Origin: Chrysomallon squamiferum
Lineage: Eukaryota; Animalia; Mollusca
NCBI GenBank assembly: GCA_012295275.1
Contig: CM022675.1
Span: 2,852,001 to 2,916,000 of the forward strand
Direction: 5' to 3'
Length of the DNA stretch: 64,000 nucleotides
Numbering within the stretch: the first letter of the stretch is position 1; every line of letters begins with the position of its first letter. Shown here piece after piece: positions 36,792-50,800 of the stretch. The position numbers and the translations under genes are program-made. The notes under the pieces were generated by a model. That model was given only the letters and a program-made list of their open reading frames with translations, was not told where the DNA came from and searched no databases.

Positions 36792-39208
36792 AAAACAACA
36801 TCGTTCAAATACTGTAACTTTTAGGAATGGGATCATTTTTATTTTTATTTATTTATTTATTTAATTATTGATTTATTTATTGATTTGTTTACATTTTTCT
36901 GATTACGTCATAGACACTAGATTTGATTTGAAATTTTATAATGGATTGTGTCAAACATACGTATAAAATGTATATTAACATTTCATTGCTTTATTATTTA
37001 TTTATTTATTTATTTATATATTTATTTAAGTATTTCTAATGTTTTTTGTTTGTATACAAAACGTAATATTATTAACTATTTCTTGCTTGATTCGTACTTT
37101 TATTTATTTCACTTTAAAATGTATATAAAATAAAATGTAGATAAATTACATATGTACTTACTGATTGTTGGACAGGAAAGAAAATTTATATTAAATATGT
37201 AAGTAAATTAGATTATGTTTCGAATCTACTCTTTGTTTATGTATAAGGTGTATATAAACAAAACGCAGATAAATTTGTTTTTGTATCATGAATTTTACTT
37301 CGTTTATTTTTGTATTTAATTTGTGTTTAGAATGTAAAAAGAGAAATTATATAGAGACATAAAAATCAAGTTTATTATTTTGTAATATTTTTCTTTTCTG
37401 CATACAGCGTGTAATACATAAAGATGTTGTGAGACAGGATTCCAGAGCAGATCCTATATCTGTACTTGATGTGTGTAGTCTGTACTCTGTCTGTGTTTAA
37501 CAACAAGAAATCTCTCTCTCTCTCTCAAAAATACACACAAACATGTGGACAGAAACGTGTTTCATCGTAATTATTATCTATTTGTTATTTATTTTAATTT
37601 AATTTATGTTTTATCTTATTTTTATTTATTATTATTATTATTATTTTTATTTACTTATTTAATTTATTCTATTTTATCTTTTTTATTTTATTTCCATTAT
37701 TCAAGTTCATTTTATTTATTTATTTTAGATCTCATCTAATTTTTTTTTTAAATGCTTTTTTACTATTTATTATTTTATTTTTTTTAGATATTTTTATTTA
37801 TTATTATTTTTTTTTTTTATATTATTATTATTGTTTTATTTATTGTTTTTCATGCTATCGTAGTTGGCAGCTGGTGTGATGTTGGAATTATAATGAATGT
37901 TTAAATTATCATGCAACTGAAAAAGTCAACCAAATATTAAAATATATCTCTGATACTCTGAAACAATAGCCTAAACATGTTGTCAAGCTTGTTTCTAACT
38001 GTACCATTTGGAGAAAAGCAGACGACTTCCGGCTCAAATGTATCTGTAATATCTTCTGAGTAGGTATCAGCCTCGACAGTTACCAGTCTGATAAACTGTA
38101 GGTCGTGCCAGCATTCTTTTATTGTTAGAGCATCTTCAACACAATGGAAAAATACTTCTAAATAATTATTCTATTTTTTTTATTATTATTTTTTTTTTTA
38201 TTGTATCTTCAGGAACGACATGATTCTGTTACAAGAATATGGAGAAAAATATAAAGGTTACTTTACAGTTGAGATATCTACTGATATAGAGCAATTAACA
38301 AAAGATGGGTTTTTCAATCCCAATTTTTTTTTTTTTTTTTTTTTGTTTATTTACACGTCAATGTTGATTTCTTGATTATTTAGTTAACAGTGGATTATAT
38401 TGATGACTTACAGGTACACACTCTGGAAAACATCCCAATGGCCTTAAACCAAGTTTCTTGATGCACATGCCCATACATTTTCTAAATGTGCTCTTATTAT
38501 GGAACAGACGATACAGTTATTTATGTTATCGCATTTAATTGTCTGTTGGTCGCAATTGAATTGGTTTATACAGTCCATTTATAGAAGCATCTCTTATAGT
38601 TACGACGTTTGTTGTTAAATATATTGTCAATAGCCAGACATAAGGCTATGATACACTGTTAACTTTAAACTTAAGTGAATGGCTTTGATTTTTGAAATGA
38701 TACTTATTGTTAACAGACTTCTGCTGCCATCTCCTTTTAAGAACCAGTGTCGAAAAGTAACGACTAGAATCTGAAAATAAAACAAATTTGATTATTATCA
38801 AAAATTATCAAAAATGAAGTAAATATATATGATATATCTGTATATTAAAAGATAAGAAATGGAGATTGAGAATATAGTAAATAGATAGTATAAATTTGAT
38901 TTTCCTCAATCGCAGCTAGAGCTTGCGAACAATATGTACGATGCGGAATGATACATAACAAACACCAAATTTCTAAAATAAATTGCATTACATATTTGAA
39001 ACTTTAATTTTGCTACAGTTTTCAAAAACGTATGCTTTTTTATAATAAAAGTGAGCATTTTTCATACCTTAGAAATTTAAACTTTTATTGCAACTGCGAA
39101 CTATTTCTTTGAAAGAACTGACGTGCGATAAATTATTCACTGGAGTTATCGTTCGCTGGTTACCATCGGCTGGAATTGTTCGCTGCCTTTATTTCAGTAG
39201 GAAAAACA

Positions 39209-39220
39209 ACTTTCGGTTTT
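39209..39220 (-). promoter_or_regulatory. IRF-binding/ISRE-like element in the putative promoter of the macrodomain-Deltex gene
   Basis: ACTTTCGGTTTT (reverse complement AAAACCGAAAGT) ~75 bp upstream of donor AAG|GTAAAT (39295/39296) in a CpG-richer patch; second candidate GAAATGCGAAAACT at ~39365. Confidence 0.55.
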
Positions 39221-40244
39221 AATTTTCGCGCTGCTTTATACCTAGAGAAATATTTATCGTTATACTCATCTAAAAATTATTTTTCAACCAACAAGGTAAA
39301 TTAATATTTTAAATAATTATTACATTATTATTTATAGTAATAATTGATTTCATGTTTTCGTGGGGAAATGCGAAAACTTTTAAGAGTCAAAACAGCCCAA
39401 AGTCTTTTGGCTATACGGTATACCCTGTATTTATAATCATACCCATAATTCAAATATTTCCTATACTTCTTATACTTCGGTTATAATAATATTAATTAAA
39501 ACAACATGAAATTTTAAGGGTAGGTTTGTTTGTTTGTTTTTAACAAACCTGGTTTGAGTGTTAAAATAAATTTAAGAATGAAGCTAAAAAACAAAATATA
39601 CACTAATACAGTCAGAGTTACACTAAATATTATTATGTTAATTTATTATTAATACTTTTTTTTATCCTTGATTGCTTCAACCTTATCTTAATGAAATTTT
39701 AAACATGCAGCATCATCTATATTGATATACAATTTTTAGTGAATATTTAAGATCAAGGCATCTTAAAAATGTAATAGTAACACTAAAAATATTGAATCTG
39801 AAAATTGTTGGTTTGAGTTCAAGTATAAATTAAATTTTTAAATATTTTTAGAGAACCAGTGAAGAACAGATATTAATCTGAGTTCTTCCTTATTAATTTT
39901 CGAAATTAACACTCCGACATCACTGATTGGATATAAAAAAAAATAAAGTTGATTTTAATGTTGCAGTGTTATTAACATATTTTTAAATTTTAAATCATTC
40001 CTTAAAGTCTTCTCCTTTTTTTTGCTTTCTTAGACTTATTTTATTCTAAGCATCACTATAAAAATACTAATTATATTTATCGCTATCTCTGAATGTCCAG
40101 TTATCTATCAAGCACATACAGTCAAAAATGTGCTATTTTAAATACAGCTTGTATAGTCAGTTAGAATAAGTCTGCTCTTCATAAGAATTCCATATTCTAC
40201 AATCAGAAAAAAGTTATATTTTAATATTACTGTGGATATTCCAG

Positions 40245-43200
40245 TAAACGAGAACAAGGATAAAAACACAGATGAATCACATTCAGGACAGATCAGTATG
40301 AATCAGTCTACCAGTGTTCACACAAAACAAAATGCTGAAAGTACCAGTCAGTGCATCTTATGAATCAAATATTTCTTTTTAGTATTTTTTTGTTAATTTG
40401 ATGTTATTTGATGTGTGTTTTAGTGTTTTGCTATGTGGTAAAATCACATATGTTACATATGTTATATTGAAATATTGTAATAAATAGCCTACAATATTGT
40501 TTATAATTTCTTTATTAATTACATGATTTACTTAACCTTATTTTTGTTTTTGGTTTAACAAATTTATATTTTTTACTTTAAGACGAACCATTGACCATTT
40601 AGCCACTATTCTTACCTGGCAAAGTTTTTATTTTCAGATATGAAAACAGATGAAGAAAACGAAGGAAAGATGGTGTATATTTATTTTGTTTATTATCTGG
40701 CTGGTAAAGAGGAAAAGATCCGTGATAAACAAGAACTAAAGCAATTAAATTGTGAACAGTTTCATCTCTTTACACATTCAGAATATTTAAAAAAAAGTAA
40801 AATTGAAGCTTTAAGAGAGCAAATCATATTTGATGTTCATCCAAATGTGGATAATCAACTAATAGCAGAGATAGAAAATTTTACATTTGAAAGTCAAAAA
40901 GAAGCTGACGAATGGAAAAATAAAATCACTAATATTCTTACAAAACATATGAATCTGTATAAAGAGTCTGAAGAAATTAACAAGGACGTGCACAATGCAA
41001 ACACAAAATATCAGGATGGAAATTCATCACCAAAGCTTAAAGAAGAAATGACTTTAAAACTGGAAAGTTTGGAGAAGTGGGATTATGTAAAGAAATACAA
41101 GACTGAAAACATTTCTTTGATTGAATCAAACAATAAGGTTAAGATAAATTTATGTAAAGATTTAATCCATGTTACAATTGAAGGAGACTGTGTTTCTTCA
41201 GCAAAGAAAGAACTTGATAACCTGATGAATAATGTTAAAACAGGAAGTTTTCCAGTAGATGATACCATGAGCCTGGATAATGAAGGGAAAAGGAAGAAGG
41301 TGGCAGACAGAGCTGATGAGTTCAAATGTAGAGTGAAAGAAACTTCTTCTGCTGGGAAGTCTGTCATGCAGCAAGCAGCAGAGTTTGGTTGTTGGACAAC
41401 CTGTCAGAACCAGACTCTTCAGATGATGTGTGGAGACCTGGATTTGGATCAGTGTGATGTTTTAGTGGTGCCTATGCTAGAAACATCCAGCAGTCAGTTT
41501 ACACCATCAGTCATAAAGACTGGTCTGTTTTTCTTTTTTAGTTACAGCTGTTTTAACTTTATTCCATCTTTAGACTATGTTTTAGTCAATCTGTACATGT
41601 GATAATCATAGTAATGTTTTATTTAAATGTTTTCTATATCTCTCACTATTGCAATTTACTCAGTGTATCTATAAATCTGTTGTATCTTAGAACTCAGGTA
41701 AAAGTTGAAATGTAAATGTTAATTGAAAGTAAATATATTTTCATAAAGACATAAATTCACACTAGTAATATTTTAACATGTTGTTCAGCTGGAATAAGTG
41801 ATGTACCAGAATTAGCATAATAACTATATTTTAATTTTCAGGAAAGTTTTCTGAATCTGGTGCTATAGATTTAAGAGAAATAAACAAGAAAAAGAAATGT
41901 CCAGTTATTGTTGATGATCCACACAGAAAACCTCATTTTCTTATTTTCACTCTTCTGCCTCAGCAGTGGAATGATGGGAAAGGAAAAGAAAAAGAAAGAA
42001 TTTCAAAATCCTTTAAAGATCTGTTTGTTTCTCTAAGGGAGCTTCAGAAAAAGACTTTGGTTAATTTGATCATCATAGATCTCCAAGACTTAAATTCATT
42101 CCCATTCAAAAAAGTTGTGAAGCCAATCATAGGTTGTTTTAAAGATGGACTTTCAGAACTGCAGACTTCATGTCATTTCATTTTGTCAGTAGATGATCCT
42201 CAAAATGCTATAGAGTTTACCACAGTCTTTGATGACCTCATTGTGAAAAATGAACAAATGTGGAAATTCTTTTCAAGTAAGTACACAGGTGTCTCACTTG
42301 TTAAAATGATCATTCAGTTATCTAAATAAAAACAAGAAACTACTGAAAATAGCTGTAAAGCATGTAGCAAACATTTCCAACATCCTATTTTTTATTTTGC
42401 AATTTTTATCTCCTTGTTGAAATTGATTTCACAGACCATCTTCCATAATCTCAACTTCTATTATGTAGTCAAATTTATATTTACTAATCATTTTTGGTAA
42501 AAGAAGATGATAATAAACACAGATATAAATTTAATTATTTTCAGTCAAGCATTTGTTAATTACTAAATAATGGAATCTTGTGTTATTTTGGTAGTGATAT
42601 GTTTTGACATCATTGGACAAAAATAGTTGTCTTTGCTTTGTGTTACATTATATTTTAATTGTAGAAAACATATTTTAAAAATTTGTTTTGTAAATAATTC
42701 ACAAAACAATGTAATTCAATCCACATTTTCTCTTTTTATTGAGCCATTTTCCAAAGTGCAGGAAAATTCAGTTATAATTTGGAAACAGGCAGATCTATAG
42801 TTACAGATGCATCAGTATAATTTCTTAAATTCTGTTAATGATATGTGTATTATAACTAAGAAATAAAAAAATAAAAACAATCCTTGTATCTTTGTTCTTC
42901 TTCTGCAACAGTCTAGTTTGTGTGACCTGACAATTTTAAACTGTTTGTTAACTAAGTACTTCTTTCTGTTTAGTGTTAGCAATATTCATAGTTTGTGTGA
43001 CCTGACAATTTTAAACTGTTTGTTAACTAAGTACTTCTTTCTGTTTAGTGTTAGCAATATTCAGAGTTTGTGTGACCTGACAATTTTAAACTGTTTGTTA
43101 ACTAAGTACTTCTTTCTATTTAGTGTTAGCAATATTCAGAGTTTGTGTGACCTGACAATTTTAAACTGTTTGTTAACTAAGTACTTCTTTCTGTATAGTG

Positions 43201-46200
43201 TTAGCAATATTCAGAGTTTGTGTGACCTGACAACTGTTTGTTTTAAACTGTTTGTTAACTAAGCAATATTCAGAGTTTTTCTGTTTAAACTGTTTGTTAA
43301 CTAAGTACTTCGTTCTGTTTAGTGTTAGTAATATTTAGAGTTTGTGCAGCAATAACATTATTAAACATATTTATACAAAGATATGAAAGAAAGAAAAAGT
43401 CACCTGAAAGTTTCCAATTTATAATGGCAGAATGAAATGTTGTCCTATAGAGAAAACACTAACAAGAACGTCCTTCATTTTTGACACATCTCAAAAACTA
43501 TTTCTGGTTTCATTGCTGTTTCATTCTAAATTTATATGAAATTTGTCTCCATTTCAGATGTCAGACATCGCCCATTGTCAAGAGTGAATGTCATACTTGG
43601 AGATATCAGCAAACTCAAGGTATGTCTTACTGAGTTAACTGTCAGAATATAAAAAAAAATTATGTCTGTGTGCTTTATTTCAGTTAATTTATGATTTACT
43701 GCATGCACTGACTAGGTGGTTTTTATGGTTCTTGGATAAACATGAGAATGTGATTTAATAAAAACACATAACACAATAAGATCTCATATGGTCCATTTTG
43801 GTGTTTTTCATGTGGCTGCACATTTGCCCTGTTTGCACTTTATGACAATAATCAGTCTATAGGGTTATTTCAAGAAGACTGGGCAAAGCAAGAAGTGATG
43901 GTTCTTTTGTTAATAAATTTTGCAGTTTAGTCAATGTTGCTAGAGACATGTTTGAACATTCCATTTGTACCTATAAATGCAGGTGAACATCTCCTTTAAT
44001 TTAAAAGTATTATAAGAGTACCTAAAACTTCCTTGTTTACTAGAGTTTTTTTACTGGTCAGACTCATTATGTGCTTATAGAGTGTATACTGTGATCTACT
44101 GGTTGATGATCCTTCTATTTATATGTATCTGTTTGTTTATTTTACTTGCATATGATGTGCACAGATATTAATAAACCTCTTTGACTGGCACATATGATTC
44201 ATTCACTCATTTTACCTTGAATATTTATATACTTAATTTAAGGTTTTCAAGAATAAAGGTAATATGTAATCAGAAGGTCAAAAGTGTGTTATTAGAGCAT
44301 CACAATGTTATTGTTAACCTTCATAAAATGCCTCAAAATGTGTGCTTGTATTAAGTTTGTATTCAAGAAAATCAAAATTTGAACTGTCCCAATGCTGATC
44401 AAGCATTCTTTTATTTTTACCTATTTTTAGGTGCTTTTTAACCTGATTTTTTTTTTTTTTTTTTTTTTTTTTGAATTATTTAAATTTTTACATTTTAAAG
44501 AATGGCGACTTTTCTGTAAGATGTTATCATTAAAGTTAACAGCTGAGAAGAAAAGAATGTGTTGATATTCAAATATGAACAAGAGTAGGTTAGTGCTATT
44601 TACAAGAAAGTTTCCAGTATCTGTAATTTAATGAATATGTTGAATTTAATCAGTAACTGTTAATCTGGATCTTTTAAAACAATGTCTCATAAACATGATA
44701 TTATAATTGTTTAAATCAGCCTATTATTGTTGTTGTTCCTTTTATTTATTTATTTTTTTATATAAATGTTTAGGTCTTTTATTTATTTATTTATTTATTT
44801 ATTTAGTTAGTTAGTTAGTTAGTTAGTTAAGTATTTATTTATTTAGTTAGTTAGTTATTTCATTATTTTTTTATTTTTTTTTATAGTGTGATGTAATAGT
44901 CAATACTGTTGATCCAAAACTGACCTTACAAAATGGAAATGTTTCAAAATGTATTCTGAAGGCTGCTGGAACTGATGTACGTCAAGAATGTAAAAAGTAT
45001 TATCCAAATGGTATAAAGTTTGGTGCAATTGCGAAGACAGGAGCTGGAAAATTGTCATCTTGTGATAACATCTACCATGGAGCACTCACTAAGCTGTCTC
45101 GTACTGATGAATATGAAGATGCATTAAAAGCAAGTATTTAACAACCTGAAATTGTTATTCAAGCCTGTACTAAGTTAAATATATTTAATAAATTTGTTAA
45201 TATCTTTCTGTTAACATTACACTGATGTTTGTTATCTGTGTTTTAGTTAACATTACACTGATGTTTGTTATCTGTGTGTTTTAGTTAACATTACACTGAT
45301 GTTTGTTATCTGTGTTTTAGTTAACATTACACTGATGTTTGTTATCTGTGTTTTTAGTTAACATTACACTGATGTTTGTTATGTTTGTGTTTTAGTTAAC
45401 ATTACACTGATGTTTGTTATCTGTGTGTTTTAGTTAACATTACACTGATGTTTGTTATCTGTGTGTTTTAGTTAACATTACACTGATGTTTGTTATCTGT
45501 GTTTTAGTTAACATTACACTGATGTTTGTTATCTGTGTGTTTTAGTTAACATTACACTGATGTTTGTTATCTGTGTGGTTTTAGTTAACATTACACTGAT
45601 GTTTGTTATCTGTGTGTTTTTAGTTAACATTACACTGATGTTTGTTATGTTTGTGGTTTAGTTAACATTACACTGATGTTTGTTATCTGTGTGTTTTAGT
45701 TAACATTACACTGATGTTTGTTATGTTTGTGGTTTAGTTAACATTACACTGATGTTTGTTATCTGTGTGTTTTAGTTAACATTACACTGATGTTTGTTAT
45801 GTTTGTGGTTTAGTTAACATTACACTGATGTTTGTTATCTGTGTTTTAGTTAACATTACACTGATGTTTGTTATCTGTGTTTTAGTTAACATTACACTGA
45901 TGTTTGTTATCTGTGTTTTAGTTAACATTACACTGATGTTTGTTATCTGTGTTTTAGTTAACATTACACTGATGTTTGTTATCTGTGTGTTTTAGTTAAC
46001 ATTACACTGATGTTTATTATCTGTGTTTTAGTTTACATTACACTGATGTTTGTTATCTGTGTGTTTTAGTTTACATTACACTGATGTTTGTTATCTTTGT
46101 TTTAGTTAACATTACACTGATGTTTATTATCTGTGTGTTTTAGTTAACATTACACTGATGTTTGTTATCTGTGTTTTAGTTAACATTACACTGATGTTTG

Positions 46201-47836
46201 TTATCTGTGTGTTTTAGTTAACATTACACTGATGTTTGTTATCTGTGTGTTTTAGTTAACATTACACTGATGTTTGTTATGTTTGTGTTTTAGTTAACAT
46301 TACACTGATGTTTGTTATCTGTGTGTTTTAGTTAACATTACACTGATGTTTGTTATCTGTGTTTTAGTTAACATTACACTGATGTTTGTTATCTGATTTT
46401 AGTTAACATTACACTGATGTTTGTTATCTGTGTTTTAGTTAACATTACACTGATGTTTGTTATCTGTGTGTTTTAGTTAACATTACACTGATGTTTGTTA
46501 TCTGTGTTTTAGTTAACATTACACTGATGTTTGTTATCTGTGTGTTTTAGTTAACGTTATACTGAGATTTATTATTTCTATGTTTTAGTTAGGGTTAGTT
46601 TGTTCATGTATTTCAGAGTTTGTGCCATGTCATGAAAGCTTGTTTGGACAAAGCATCGACTGATAAGAAGAAAGCAATTGCCTTTCCAGTGTTGGGTACA
46701 GGAATTTTAAACTATCCAGTAGATGAAGTAGCAAAATGTATGTTTGATTGTGCTGAAAGGTTTTTCCATGATAATGCACACTCATCAATTGAAAAGGTGC
46801 TGTTTGTGGTGCATCCTAAAAATGAAGATTGTATCAAAGTGAGGAAACTTTTTGTTTGTTTTTGATCTCTTTGTGAATATTATTTTTAATTATGTGTAAT
46901 AGGATCTTGCTAAAAATTATTATATAAAAAAAGAAGAGTTGAAACATGCAACATTTTTATTTCTTCCTTTTACAGGTTAACAAATCTTTAATAAAATATT
47001 ATAAAAATGAAAAATTCGGAAAGAAAACTTTGTCCACATATTTTAAAGTAAATTGTATGTAATTTCAATCATCATATATTCCAGTCTGTGTAACTCTTCA
47101 TTAATTTCATAACAGAAATATTGATATATTTATACGATCGACCTTGCTAGGCTTTATCAAATTCATGTTGTTCTGGTTCCTTGTGTTTGTTTTTGTTGTT
47201 TTTTTTTGTGTGTTTTTTTTAGACTTGTTCACAAGTCAGTAAGCTATCAGTATGACATGTTAATTAAAATGTATCTGTATGTAACATACATGATATATGT
47301 TTTACAGATCAGATTAACCTGGAGAAAAGTTTTCACATTTATTAGTCAGATATGCTATTACAAAGGTTTTTAAAATAGCGAAATAAAAAATACATTTATT
47401 AATGGAAGTACAACAATGTATTGCTATTTATACATTTTATTTAATAAATACACTGTGATATGGATAATAAAGCTTGGTGTGAAAATTATTTGACCCAGAT
47501 TTAAGAAACAAATACAATTTAATATAAAAACTACTGATGCAGTTTGCCATTAATATGATGTCATTCATTTTAATCAATTTTGATCAGTTTCTACTTTTTA
47601 TTTACTTATTTATTTTTTTTAATTATTATTTTTTATTTATTCAGTTATTTATTATAATGACATTTTAAGCAAGGTAAAGCTTCGACTGTTTGCAGGTTTT
47701 TATTGCTGAAGAAATAGCTCGGAGCTATGGACTGCGCAGCAGAATGTGTGAACAACGTAAGCACTGTTAACATTACTTCTCCTTCAGAAAATTCATTCAT
47801 ATTATTTAGCAATTTATCCTTTTGTCATAAATGAGG

Positions 47837-47894
<58 letters not shown>

Positions 47895-50800
47895 GTGTAT
47901 ATTTGTGTCATTTGCCTTGATTAAAACATCAGAACTTGCCTGTATACTTGTTTCATGAAGGAAATCTTTCTTTCTCATAAACATTCTGATTTTAATATAT
48001 CTCTTTTTATATATTTGAATATGTGCAACATCAGTAAATATTTTCTGTTTTTATTTTCATTGAAAAAATATGCACTATTTCTTTTTTTCTTCTTTTTTTG
48101 TAATTTATTGTTATATCTTTATTGTATATTAAAGAGCTATGTGCATCTGTTTGAGTTTTGTGACAAAGCCATATTTCATATAACATATCATTGTTTACAG
48201 TGTCTGAGAAAAAAGAATACCTGTATGGTTTTCATGACAATGTCATGCTTCAGATAATATCTGGTGATGTCAGTGACTGCACAGCTACTAACAGTGGTGG
48301 AATCTGTGTCCTCAGTGAAGGTGACATTTTTCAGTTACAGATTTGTTATTATTCTGAGATGATTAGATTTCATTATCTGTGTAGAGCATTTGTATTCTCA
48401 GTGTATACATAAGCAGTTTCTGTTGTCAATATTAATTGCTTGTAAAAATTCAGTAGATCATAAAAACAATTTCTTATTTCATTGCAATATTTTCTGATAT
48501 TTTCACATGCTATGCAGTTTGAGCTATTTATCCATTCATTAAACACAGATTAAGAAAACTATACCTCCACATCACAGTCTATAACTTTATAAGATATAAA
48601 AATGAACAAATCATTGTTTTGAGTAGTTTATTGTTATAATACATTTGCAGATTTGGCTGACAGTGGATGGGAACAAAGTGTAGATTTGTTTCCTGGCAAT
48701 AAAGAAGGTATGTACAGGAACTGTTCTGTTTGGAAAATGAGTAACTCATATTAAATTAAGTGTCCACATGTTTGAATGTAAACTGTACCCATTATCCTCA
48801 AAATTCTTTATTTAAGTACATCATTATGGTTTTCACATATGATATTATGGTTAAGAACTAAATGAAATATGTACTGATTATTATATATATATATATTTGT
48901 ATATTATTACTTTTTATTGTTATTTTATATTTTCCAAGTTAATTGTGAAACTAGGTAATAAATACAAAGCCACTCTAACGAGTGACTTATTGTGCAGTGG
49001 TTTTAAAGATATAATTTAAAAATAAAAATAAAACTGCAGTTATTCTAAACTAAATTGTTTCTTCTTTTTCAAACACTGGCAGAATTCATGACTTCCTTGC
49101 AGTCAAAAACACTTTTAAGGACACATCCATGTCCAGTACCCCTGGGTGTTGTTATACACTGCTGGGCAAAGAAGAGGCAAAAGTTGGAGGATGTAATTAA
49201 AAAGGGACTGAAAGAAATCGCAAAGGAAAAACTCCTTGCTGCTCAGATACTACAGTTACCCAGTAAGCTTTTTGTTTTCAGTTCTTCTCCACAAACTCAT
49301 CTCAACCTTTCATCAAGATAGTCTTAAAAGTGAATTCTTTCAAAAGTTTATAAATGTTTATTTATTTATTTATTTATTTAATTATTACAGTTAATTTACA
49401 TTTCTTTTATTCAAATATTTAGTATTTGCTATAAAAGATTATATATATATATAGATATATATACTTAAAACAGTCAAGTAATGCTTTAGCAATAGAATAT
49501 TAACAGCTCTTTTCACAATGAATGTTTATTAGTTAAAAAAAAAAAAAATTCTTTGATTCTTTTCACATTGGTTTGCCTTAGTTTGAAATGGTAAATGAAA
49601 CATTTCTGAAAATTAGAATGAGATTAAGAATGATCCATTATATGTATTTGTTGTTGGACATAATCTGAGCATTAAACTAATCAATATTTCCATTTATCTG
49701 TTGATCTTTTGGTGTTTACATGTTGAAAGTAACTAGATTTACTTATACTACTTTTTTGTTTTTTTAAAATTTAATTATAATTACTATTATTTATTTATTT
49801 ATTTCTTCTTCTTACTTTTTTTATTAAGTGGTTAAAGAAAATAAAATTTCTGCAGTGGAAATGGTCAACAGTATCATCAATGCAATGACTAACAAAAAGA
49901 ACAAGGCAGATACAGGGCTTCATCTTGTGTCACTCATTATCAGTGACCAGAACGTCTTTGATACAGTTACTGACAGTGTTAACACACAGCTTCAACAGCA
50001 AGGTGGCAAACTGAGTAAAGCATCTGTGAGATCATTCTCTCCTTCAGCTGGTGTGTGTTTATATATATATTCAGTTTATATTTCTTATATATTGAAGATC
50101 AAAATTTTTTTTTTTTAAATGAAGCTTTGTAATATTTGTGTCTGTCTACATTCCTCTGTCAATCCTTTAGAATCTGATCACACCAGACTGCAACTCTACA
50201 TTGTTATTTATTTTTTTTATTTTTTTATTCTTTGTTGGAAAAATCAGTAATTAATTACAGCAGAATAGTTACTAATGCTTGTAAATTGTTCATTCCTGTT
50301 AAATAAGAAAATCTGTAACTGTTCAGTGTGAAATAAATGATTTGAAAATAATTCTTAACTCTTTCATCACTCCTCTTTTCTTCTTCTCTTTATGAACAGC
50401 ATCCGTTTCCTTCATTTTTATTTCATGTGAATTTCTGATTGTATTGATATTTGTTTATCAGATTCAGGTAAATGGTTTGAATCCATATGGAACCAGAGTG
50501 ACAGAGAAAATACCAGTAAAGCTGTGGAAAAGTTGGAATCCACTAATTGTCCAGTATGTATTTACTTTTTTCAGTTTTTGCTTGCTTAGAAAGTTAGGAT
50601 AATTTATGAGTACATATTTCTGGTTTGTTAGGAATTGAAGTTATTACTTTTTATCATCAGATTAATGCAGTAAGATTTCTAAATGTACTTCTGTTTGATT
50701 GTTTGATCAAATTAGTTTACAATATTAAAGCCAGCATTAACAACTTGGATCACCCAAAGATGAACTTAAATAACACTGTTAACATTTTGTTTCATGCTTT

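Noticed and set aside
42918-43262. 114-aa ORF with 25-aa repeats
   Set aside because: In-frame reading of a 75-bp intronic minisatellite; flanking exons join in phase without it.
45209-46565. CRISPR-like array of ~37-bp partly palindromic repeats
   Set aside because: Head-to-tail units with no unique spacers, inside a eukaryotic intron, no cas genes.
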